A stretch of DNA of 64,000 bases from Balanoglossus misakiensis (taxonomy: Eukaryota > Animalia > Hemichordata), in the NCBI GenBank assembly GCA_040954595.2, contig CM082579.2, positions 8,669,625 through 8,733,624 of the forward strand. Direction: 5' to 3'. Position 1 is the stretch's first letter. Each line of letters begins with the position of its first letter. A program made the position numbers and the translations under genes. Under the pieces are notes generated by a model. The model was not told the DNA's origin. It searched no databases and saw nothing but the letters and a program-made list of their open reading frames with translations. Below are positions 55,501-64,000 of the stretch, in pieces.

Positions 55501-55575
55501 TCTTGTACCTTTCAGAGTGACTCAGCTGTAGGGGAGCAGGCTGAAGGCCAGACTGATGTGAATCACATATTGAAG
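10539..55575 (+). CDS. AFF4: AF4/FMR2 family (AFF4/lilliputian-like) super-elongation-complex scaffold gene, 5' part only (4 coding exons, 378 aa in window; continues beyond 64000)
   Basis: Spliced product MSSTKK-STPDRDRERRKAMDQRKR...RPLFDAPIK-VHETRDDISRRIQSTLGSFDAIQHDL...LLGIPK...LPKLSLLPQ-SDSAVGEQAEGQTDVNHILK resembles AFF4 (PLFAEPYKV...LSSRIQSMLGNYDE; LSKLKIP...VDEILK). Family call is strong; an invertebrate copy would be co-orthologous to AFF1-4. Confidence 0.88.
12902..12996 (-). mobile_element. Diverged, inverted copy of the ~95-bp piggyBac-type MITE
   Basis: Aligns by eye to the reverse complement of 21536-21635 (CACCCCCA..CGGTTCAACC..AAAACAAT..TGGTGGT); termini are decayed. Confidence 0.45.
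13068..13161 (+). mobile_element. ~95-bp piggyBac-type MITE, copy 1
   Basis: TTAA(A)CCCTTTCACCACCATGGTTCAGTCCAAAC...AACTGGGGGTGAAAATG-TTAA; TTAA at both ends, imperfect TIR, homologous to 21536-21635. Confidence 0.75.
20876..20952. repeat. Tandem duplication of a 35-bp unit (about 2.2 copies)
   Basis: TGTGGTATCTTGGTATTAAAGGTCCATACACCTAC followed by TGTGGTATCTTAGTATTAAAGGTGCACACACCTAC. Confidence 0.85.
21536..21635 (+). mobile_element. ~95-bp piggyBac-type MITE, copy 2
   Basis: TTAA-CCCATTCACCACCATGGTTCAGTCCAAAC...AACTGGGGGTGAAAGAG-TTAA; TTAA TSD and CCC terminus typical of piggyBac. Confidence 0.8.
23815..23980. repeat. Diverged tandem duplication, unit about 83 bp
   Basis: TGAAAAGC..GCCAATT.ACACAC..TGGTT.AATT..TACATAA(A)TGGT..ACCAA.TGTGACC occurs twice in tandem. 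Confidence 0.7.
31223..31295. repeat. Near-perfect inverted repeat (28-bp arms, 17-nt loop)
   Basis: CCATCCCAAGCAGGAAGGGGTCTTATGG ... CCATAAGACCCCTTTCTGCTTGGGATGG, with one mismatch (G-U in the + transcript). Confidence 0.9.
31926..32014. mobile_element. Degraded short inverted-repeat element, possibly a piggyBac-type MITE
   Basis: CCTTCGTCGTCCCGATTCCC ... GGGAATGGGACGAAAGGGG followed by TTTAA; left end decayed. Confidence 0.35.
35329..35443 (+). CDS. AFF4: AFF coding exon 2 (N-terminal P-TEFb-binding region)
   Basis: TTTTTCAG|A TCA ACT CCT GAC AGG...CCT TTG TTT GAT GCC CCA ATT AAG|GTAAA; encodes DRDRERRK...PLFDAPIK. Confidence 0.9.
35611..36549 (+). CDS. AFF4: AFF coding exon 3 (939 nt; cyclin T1-binding helix plus low-complexity region)
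   Basis: Lies inside ORF 35455-36702. Acceptor TTCTTCTGTCAG|GTC, donor CAG|GTAAGT, GC-rich; encodes DDISRRIQSTLGSFD. Confidence 0.92.
43603..43706. repeat. (TGAA)n microsatellite with one interruption
   Basis: Directly visible; it produces the FIHS-repeat pseudo-ORFs. Confidence 0.97.
48066..48119 (+). CDS. Candidate alternative first coding exon of AFF (MLPWSRSECWRIETLLPQ)
   Basis: ATG...CTC CTA CCG CAG|GTAAAA; phase 0, compatible with exon 55516; downstream of a CpG-rich region with a CRE (TGACGTCA at 47552-47559). Confidence 0.35.
50234..50239 (-). terminator. Candidate polyadenylation signal of the piggyBac-derived gene
   Basis: TTTATT on + equals AATAAA on -, about 380 nt past the stop codon. 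Confidence 0.35.
50615..53316 (-). CDS. piggyBac transposase-derived protein (PGBD4-like DDE_Tnp_1_7 core plus C-terminal Cys-rich domain), probably domesticated; exons 53316-53304 and 52992-50615, about 796 aa
   Basis: Uninterrupted ORF 50615-53185 with piggyBac motifs TPLSAFQQIFP, ETNSYA, YWST, MSRNRFQKIMQYFH, LFTDSFYTS, YNQYMGGVDRAN, KWWKYIFFYLLD..NSWI and CRMC..CRQCSIHLCKDCFLPYH. On the minus strand, ACCATGG ATTTTTGGG|GTGAGT (donor 53303) joins TTCTTCATTTCAG|GT (acceptor 52993) in frame. Confidence 0.9.
53445..53683. mobile_element. MITE with G/C-rich subterminal inverted repeats (possibly PIF/Harbinger-type) just upstream of the piggyBac-derived start exon
   Basis: GGAGAACCATTTCATTTTCTAGGGGAGGGAGG ... 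CCTCCCACCCCCAGAAATAAAATGGTTCTCC form imperfect TIRs. The superfamily is a guess. Confidence 0.6.
54180..54560. promoter_or_regulatory. Promoter-like motif cluster inside AFF intron 3
   Basis: CpG-rich. CCAAT (54188, 54226), TATAAATA (54403-54410), TGACGTA (54426), X-box GTTTCCATGGTAAT (54434-54447), ETS CGGAAGT (54481-54487), perfect CRE TGACGTCA (54545-54552). Confidence 0.5.
55516..55575 (+). CDS. AFF4: AFF coding exon 4 (60 nt, start of the ELL-binding region)
   Basis: CCTTTCAG|AGT GAC...CAC ATA TTG AAG|GTAAG, phase 0/0. TDVNHILK corresponds to vertebrate CVDEILK, which precedes EMTHSWPPPLTAI. Confidence 0.85.
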
Positions 55576-58500
55576 GTAAGGCTGCTATGAAAAGAAATGT
55601 TCATGCTTCATTCTTGTTCTATATAACAGACTACTTTTTGTCCCATGCGGTCACTTCGTGAAAACGTCATCACATTTACTGTCACAGTCATAGGTAACAA
55701 TACAAGAAGTATCGTTTTGAGTATCAATGTCTATTTGTCTATATGTCTCAGCACTTTCCAAGCAAATTTCGGACTCGGGTGAAATCATTCAAAGTCATTA
55801 AATTTTCCCGTGAAACACATTCACGAATCTTTACATTGAAAATAAGGAAACCCGGGCAATGCAATGAGAGAATTTTTAAGGCAAATAGAACTCAGACCGA
55901 GATACAGTTTGGGCTGCGGAGGAAGACACACTTCACTGCGTGTACTCTCTTTGGAACTGATGAAATTGTGTTTCGAAGGAATCCTGTCAAATTCAGCTTT
56001 GCGGGAATGAAATTGTACATTGTCAGTTAATTCCGACGATGTCATCTCACGTGGAAGACGGTATTGTCGGTGCCTCTTTTGATTGCCGCCTCTTTGATGC
56101 TGGTGTGTTCTGACATTCTTGGCTGGCGTGATGTCTAATAGAGAGGACAGTGGCTGCAGCTGACGACACGTTTCAATCGTTCGTCGACTGCAGTCTGCTC
56201 CTATACTTCCCACAGCGCAATGACACATTCCGTCTGTACATTGAGTGGTGCACCTTTTCTACTATTGGAATCAAATCTAGATTTCCGACACCAGCAGTGC
56301 ATACAGGTTGGTGTTGGTGAACTGAGTGTGTTGGCGATCCAACATTATTGAGAAAGAAGCAAGAAATACTGTTGAATGTCAAGCCATAACATTGAAGTTT
56401 CAGTCGCCTGTTGTTAAGTTTGTAGTGTGGTCAGGCCGGTGTTTATACCTGGACAGGCTTTCAACAGGCAACCCTTAAGCTATACAGTGCAATTTTGAAA
56501 ACTTCCAGTTCAGTGATCGTTGCCATGGCAATATAGTTATGAAATCTGTACTGCATCCCAGCCATTTGAAGAGGTGGGTTCGGCAATTGAGCATCAAATT
56601 GGTTTGAAATGAGAAAAGTGTCAACTTTTAAGCGAAGTTTTTGGAGATTTCCAGGACTTTGAATTGTGAATGTTTTCATGGTGGACAAAGCATCAAAAGA
56701 AGCCATGATAGCTCGTCAGTCTATTCATCTGGATGGATTTTCAGGGTTTGAAAGTTGAAAGAATGTCGTACGGTCTATCATTAATTGCCCCTCAGGTGTA
56801 ATTTTTGCAAAATAATCAACACGAAACCTGAATGTCAAGGCCAAGTTTCAAGGATTAGCCCGGGTATCCCCCGACCTTGAACCAGTCATTATGGCATCCT
56901 GCTGTGCAGATTAAATTGGAATGACTCTAAATTGACAGTTTCTTCACAAAAGACGGTGTTCTCAATCTCAGTTACATGTTTCAGAAAGGTTGGACAGTGA
57001 CTTTTTCCCCCTTCATCATTTAGATGCTGTGTACTTGTAAAGTAGGTTGTTGTTGTCCTAAATTAAGTCATTGCAATTTCTAAACCAGCATTTTGTCATT
57101 TGTCAACATGTGCGGAGAACAGCATTGGCTTCTTGTGTCTGGGAAAATACAAAAAAATAGCCTAGAGGAGATGGAATAGATTTGTCTCCTTGTAAAACAA
57201 ATACAAGTAGTTCCACAAAGCTGTGCATTGAAGAGCAAGGGAACGTGAATAAACAATGTGATTTGTTGAACGAAGCGGACATGTCATTTATTATTGCTAC
57301 GAGCCGCTGCAGACGCGAGAGGCTATCAGGGAAGATTACGTGTGCATTGAGACAAGCTGTCTGTTCAGCTCTCAGACAGTGCAGTCATCGAATATCGAAA
57401 CCAGATTGAGACGGGTGACCTTGCAACTGGAAGTAGCAGACAATTGCAACTGATGTCAAGGCCGTTTCTGCTTCCAACTTTTATAGAAATCAGTGCAGCT
57501 GGCATTGTGGGGACTGTATATGAGATCATCCCAAGTCATTATTGTTGTCTGTGGCCATTCATGCAGAAAACCATTGTATGTCTGCGCACAATGGGGTGTG
57601 TTGTGTCCCAGTCGTATGCCTGGTACAATACGAGCTTTGCGTATAATACCACTGTGTGTTCATGTGTGCGGTGACTTACTGTCACAGATTGTTGGTTTTT
57701 TTTTATGTGGTTAGAAGTTGGATCTCTCTGATGGTATTAAAAGCCAGGGCCCAGGAAAAGATGACTGCGGAAATGTCAAAGTTTAGAATGATGGAACACA
57801 TTTCGTAGTGCGAACTTGATATCTACCCACAATTAATCTCATCATTCATATATGGTGTCCTGTATTTTTGCAACTTTGAGTCGCATTTAAATTGAGGAAG
57901 GGAAAATATTGATGCAAGCATTAAGAGTGGTAAGCTGATAGCTTGTAATGCAAGTATTTACTGGTGATGTGATATTCTCCCCCCAAGGCATTCTGTTTTT
58001 TAATACTCATCTCCACAAAATATTTTTTTTTTCATCTTCAGTTGCACTTGAAATCTGCAAGTCTTCTCTAATGCAATTATCGCTTGTATGATATGAGAGT
58101 AAGAACTCGCCCCAAATGAATAAATGGTAGAGACCGATTATTCATTTTGGCGAGTTTTTTCACTCTCGTGTCTACAAGCGGGACGGAAGGTGTGTGTGGT
58201 TGAACATTGATTCACTAGTCTATATATCCACATGTACATTAACATAAACAGTGTCTGGTATCAAACGTAATTAATGGGAAAAGGGCAGTGAGAGGGAGAC
58301 TTTGTCCCTCTAATTGTTTAGAATTTACAGGGCTGTCTCAAGGAATTCCTGTGAAGCCGTTTGGAGAAATCCCAGTCAATTACCGCGGGTGCTACGAGAG
58401 TGAGAACTTGACAGGCCTGCTCTGAATGATCCATCACCTGCCCCAGTAATCATTACAATTAGCAATTAGAACCTATTCCCGCCATCCCGGTGGACCGACT

Positions 58501-59186
58501 TTATCCCCTGGACGGGGTTTCAGTCAAGTTCAATGTTATTCTCACATATTGCATTTTTTGCGTGTTGGTTAGTTTCGTAGGTACTATTTAATTTGGGGGA
58601 GGGAGGGGGGATGGGTTACTAAGCATTGCAGTAGAGAAATCATAGGAGTGGAATGTTCATAATCAGGCCATAAAGTTGGTTTTTATAGCACCTCCTGCAT
58701 CATATGGAATGTATTCCATCATTTTCCAAGGGAACTGGGGTTGCCACTGTTATTGTGGTTGAAAGAATGAAACCACCTTACTCCGATAAAGTTGTCCCCA
58801 AGCCATGTAAGGATATTAAAGGGGGACTTCACACTTCAGAAGATGCAGGGATGTGCTGTCCCTGCAGCGCTAAAAGGGTCAGTGTGCACCATCACCCACC
58901 TAGGGGGTATTGATCAGTCGATGCCATAAGGCACCTTCCAACCGATTGTTGAAAAATAATTGAAACTGCTACTGATAGATTGGATCCAAATAATGTGTCA
59001 TGCAGTATGTTTACATTAAATTTAATGACTAGCTGAGGAAAAAAAGAAGAAATTTTCTTTAACAGCTCCCGTAGGGAACTGTGATTTCCTGGCTAAAAAC
59101 AAACACGGTTAGGATTTTATAGCACAGATAACACAACCTAGCAGTTCACACTTCGATATCGCTGAAATCAGTGCTGTAAAATGTAT

Positions 59187-59503
59187 TATATTATACCAGT
59201 ATATTGATGGTGTAAATCACGCTATTTGATTGGTCGAGACACGACACGTGACCGTGATATATTAGCCATATACCACAGTCATATATCATAGTTACAGAAA
59301 ATGCCTTTTTAAAATGTTTTATGCAAAGTTTCAATATACTGGCATAATATAATAGCAATAAAACACCCACAGCCATGGTATACCACTCGATTTTGACCAG
59401 TTCAACTCCATATACGCACTCGCTATCGCTCGTGCGTATATGTCGTGAACTGGTCAAAATCTCGTGATATACCATGGCTGGGGGTGTTTTATTGCTTAAA
59501 TAT
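59187..59503. mobile_element. Non-autonomous element ending in a ~140-bp palindrome (resembles Crypton-type non-autonomous repeats of aquatic animals)
   Basis: AGCAATAAAACACCCACAGCCATGGTATACCACTCGATTTTGACCAGTTCA (from 59354) pairs with TGAACTGGTCAAAATCTCGTGATATACCATGGCTGGGGGTGTTTTATTGCT (to 59496); inner ATATACGCAC/GTGCGTATAT; upstream GATTGG..CCGTGATATATTAGCCATATACCAC module. Family assignment is from memory. Confidence 0.65.
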
Positions 59504-62500
59504 TCTTTGCAATAATATTCTGTGCGATGATAAGTCTTGATGGCGTGGTTTTCAGGTCATGCTGAAAATACAGGTTTTCGTTGTTGATAGACAGCTTTTA
59601 CATGAAACGTTGATAAATTTGTGTTTGAAGAAACACTGATACGAAGACGTTGTCACATCTAGTTCGTTTGTTATTGGCTGATTCAGTGCATGTCCATTAA
59701 TAATTCGCCGAGTGCGCCAGTTTGCAAAAAAAATATGATGTTGAAGACCTTTGTCATTTGTCATGTTGACTGTTCGTTCTAAGCGGACATTGACAAGTCT
59801 TCTTTAAATGTCAGAGCAGACGGTTTCGATGTTCAAGTGTGCCATGATAGGTTTACAGGACTCACTAAGGATTCTGAATGTCTCTCTGGTTTCATGCTTT
59901 GCATGAACTTGGTCAGTCTGCGGACCAGGAGAGCACAAATCAAGTAACGATTCTAAGATTTCGCATATCCTCAGAAACTACTGGTACAAATCTCCCATCA
60001 TTATGAACTGTACCAGACTGATTTTTTCATACTGCCACTCTAAGAAGACATATGTCATTTACCACTTTTTTACTGTGAGATATCTTAAACTTCTTTTCTG
60101 CAAGTGTCTTGCTGTTTGAAACTTTCTTTCCTTCAGACAAACTACTTTTTTCCAAGGAAAACATGCCAAATTTGTGATGCAGTGAGTTGCAAATAATGTT
60201 AGGTGTACATCATGAATAGTTGTCTAATACTGAGAAGAATATTACTAGTACCCCACAATAAAAAATGTTATGTATAGACTTATTTCAGTCAATAAAATTG
60301 CCAGAGAGAATTTTCCAGCAATTATGGAGAAATTATAGAAAAAAAATGGCATGGACACGCACTCACATATATGCACACATAGAGTCCTGATGGAAATTAA
60401 TCACAGATATTTCTGCTAGTAGTCAATTTAGATTAGACCATTTTTCAGCAACTTCTTAAACTGTTGAGAAGTACGGAACAAAAGTTCTAAATTCCCTGGG
60501 GGAGCAATTTAACAAGAACATTTATATTGGCTGTAGCTTTAGAATTTCCTGCACTGCGACTCTGCGACCCCGTTCTCCCGAGTTATTTTTACCACCGCGA
60601 TGAGTTCCCGGAGACATCTCTGCTGCAGCCGTTGAAATCAAGGCATTGTTTAATTATGAAATAAGAACCGTGGGTTGCATTCCCCAGGTGGAGGTGGGAG
60701 TAATTTGAAATATGCCGTCTGTATGTGTAGGCTGTGACGACGCGCGCGGTGCACAAACTGCATCACTGATTGGGGTGTGTGTGGGAGCCGAGATCCCCCA
60801 AAGGCAACTTTTTTTACATTCTATGAGTAATGGCGCATTACATCAAAATTTACTTTGCAAAAAATGTAACCACTGGAGGTGGTGTGTCTCCTCTCTCTCT
60901 TCAGCCATTGCCGCCCAACATTTGAGAACGGCATTGGCGAAATCGCAATTTTAATTTAAAAAATGATGCCGCGCTTTGTATACCGGGTTTTTCTGTCAAG
61001 TTTTCAGGAATTTTCTGTGGTTGAGTGCGTTGGTGGCATTAGTCTTAATCAGCTCAAAACGCCAGTGGCATTTAAAGAAACACATTGTCGGCAGAAAGTA
61101 CTGCCTAAATCATTTAGTCTGTCTCGTTAGCATCTGTGGAAATTAATGTGCTTGAACTACTAACATATTTTGTCATGTGTCAAGATGCACACTTGAAACA
61201 AAACAAGTTCATTTGATTGCTCCCTAATAAGACTGCGTGATGTTCATTTACTTCAAAACTTATTTTTCTAGTCATTTGAGAGGCTGAAAGAAAATTTTAG
61301 ATTTTTACTATATACATGTACAACTTCCTGTGTACAGCTCCAATATTATGTTTTTTCATGAGGTTCACGCTTGATGCATATAAATGTTGTTTGTACCGTT
61401 CTCTTGCAAGAATAAGGTAACACTCCCACTGCATGATGGGAGGTTTCCCGCATGTCTGTCTGAGGTGATCTACTCTCTCTGCAGGAGAGTCACTGCCTCA
61501 GCAAAAAACAACAACTAAGGATATTGTATGTTCTGAAAGTCACCACTGTAATTGTGATGAATGAGAAGGACAGAAAAAAGTAAAAGAAAATGAATATGTG
61601 TATTAATATCCTAATAAATCATTCCTTAGTGCGTAGGTGTGTATAATTTAGAAATATGACCAGTACTGTAGTAGGATGCAATCATCCTTTTCAATTAGCC
61701 ACATTCAAAGTTTGGTGACAGTTTTGGTAAATTTGCCAATATTTGGTTCAAAGTAAATACAATTTTTCCCGTAGGGTTTAATTTTTTGTCATTTGTAATG
61801 ATTCATCCAGGAAGAAGTGTGAAATTAAACAAGGTATTATACATTTGCTCATTGAGGTTTCTAAGGTAATATGGTCAAATTGATCGTAGAAATGATCAGC
61901 TCTTCACAAGAACAAGGAAAAGCCATGTCACGTCTATTTCCATAGTAACAACAGCTGCCATCTTGTCCCATTTTAAGTTGTACTTGGTTTATAAATGTAA
62001 TTGCTGTGTCAATCAGGGTGAAAACTGACACTTCAAGTAGCTAATGCCATGGCTTTAATAACCCATGCCTGTCACCATCATTCAGTGGCCTGACTTGTCC
62101 GACCTTGACATAGAGGAGCTAAAGTAGGGCAAGTCAGAAGTTCAAACGTTCGCAAGCACTATACATCCTGCTTTAGTATCCTAGTTTCCTTTCTGTGGGT
62201 AATATTTTGTTTCCTAAAATGATTTGACAATGATACCTATTTGTGTATATTATGTATATAGGTCTACTTGGGAGTAGTGTTGTTCTCTGAATACTGTAGT
62301 GTGAGGCAGTCATGTTGTAGCGATAAAAACAAAAAATACGGATCAACTCATAAAAAGAAGTAATACTATGTGTTTTTCCATGTTCATGTCTTTCCCCCAT
62401 GGTTTTATTTTTACCTGTTGGCAACCTTTGAAATCTAATAAATTGATAATGATCATTTCTTGAGAAACATCAATATCAAGAATACGAATACTAGAAATAC

Positions 62501-64000
62501 CTGATTTCTACAAAAAATTGATTATTAAAAAAAAGATAAAAGAGTAGAGATGTTTGAGTGAAGTATACTGCAGGGATCATGTCATATGTGCGATTCACAG
62601 GAAAAGAAGCAGAAATTTGCCAACTGTGATAAATCATGTCCGTTTGCCCGCTGGTGGTTTCTATGTATAATTGAAATTTCATTTGAGGAATTGATACGGG
62701 CATATCTCTCTGGAGGAGAGATAAAGCATTATTTGCTGAGGAGAAAAAAAGACTGAAAAGTCTCAGGGAGATACTGTCACATTTTGGGATTGTGGATTTC
62801 CATTAATGCTGTGTCAGAACAGTTCATCAATCTTCAGTGTGCTACACGGACAACCAACGTTGTAGCCGAAAAAAACAACAACAACTCTGGGACATCTGAA
62901 TGCAAAACCTCCCATTTTCTTGGGGTTGACTCATCCGTCTGCTCTGAGAAGAAATGAATCTTGCGGGTTAGCAAGTGCTTTTTTATTCGTGTGCATATTG
63001 TATGACAAAAAGCAAGTATGATTTATGAAGGTAGTTTTGTGATGATCAAGTGATCCCTGAAGATGGCTTTGATGAAATGGTTTTCCTTGTTGTGGGGGGA
63101 AAAACCAGCAAGTGACAATTTAACACTTGAATTTGTAATTTTTGTCATGTTTGTGCATTTGTGGTATGATTTGTAGACTAGGTTAGTGATGATGCTGATT
63201 CCGATTGGCGTTTATATATGCACATTTCATAGCTAAGCCAAAATAGTGCATAGTATATCAGCTTGATAAGAAATGTCACAACAATTACATATTTGTGTTA
63301 AGTGTTATTTAGGATATGTTTTCACATGACTATAAAACTCAGTCTTCATACTGAGAGCCAGGTTGTTGGAACACATTTACTCAGATTGATTTCAACTTAG
63401 GTTATTACATGATGCTAGGAGTTTCATGGAAGATCTACTCTAGGGTTTCTATTGGCAGTTTTTGCCAATTCCGGGAAAACCTTAATGTCCATTTATGGGT
63501 CATCAGTCTGTCTGGCTTGCGTACCTGTAGACGTTCTGTATCTTGTTTCGGCCAGTTTGCAGGAATCCAATCCAGTTCAGATGAATAGGACAGGGGACGT
63601 ATGCAATAGCGAGACTTTGTCTGAGGGCTAATTGCCCAGTAAAAATCTATTATGCATGGTTGTAGACAGATAATGAACTAGAAACAGTTACAAAAGAGCT
63701 CTTAGATCGCCTTAACCCAGTTTCAATAACACTCGCCCTTCCATGGACGATTAATGGTGCATGTCTGTTGAAGGAATATTAGCTGTAACTTTTGATGACC
63801 ATTTTTTTCCACTGATGACACTTCTGTGTTCTACTCTGTGAAGCATGTTAGAAAAATATTACCATACATGCCAAACATTCATGGGTCGTATAATATGCAA
63901 ATTTAGTCAGTGAAAAGCAAGCAAATCACACATTTTCAGGGGGGGGGGGGGGGGGCTGCCACAAAAAAGTGTGCCACCACATGGCATGATTTAAATTGAA

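Noticed and set aside
55576-64000. Next AFF exon (EM..WPPPLTAI-like) inside the window
   Set aside because: No convincing acceptor plus matching peptide found; it is presumably beyond 64000.

Overview
Eukaryotic (metazoan) genomic DNA, AT-rich with GT-AG introns and many TACATGTA palindromes; a marine invertebrate deuterostome is my low-confidence guess. Most six-frame ORFs are spurious. Three genes are supported. (1) A complete 14-exon GLYR1/N-PAC gene (PWWP plus beta-hydroxyacid dehydrogenase-like domain, about 500 aa, 455-7076, +), which keeps the catalytic Lys/Asn pair; the Lys is Met in human N-PAC. (2) The 5' part of an AF4/FMR2-family (AFF4/lilliputian-like) gene (+), with coding exons at 10539-10558, 35329-35443, 35611-36549 and 55516-55575, introns of about 25 and 19 kb, continuing past the window. 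(3) A piggyBac-derived (PGBD4-like) gene nested antisense in AFF intron 3, which looks domesticated. It has an intact ORF of about 796 aa, a separate Kozak ATG exon and spliced intron, first catalytic Asp replaced by Gly, an in-frame loss of the conserved QY..KP.K.G segment, an intact Cys-rich domain and a tail with a TQT motif; no TIRs were seen by eye. Also present: TTAA-flanked piggyBac-type MITEs, other MITEs and hairpins, a candidate alternative AFF first exon, an intronic promoter and a cluster of RFX X-boxes.
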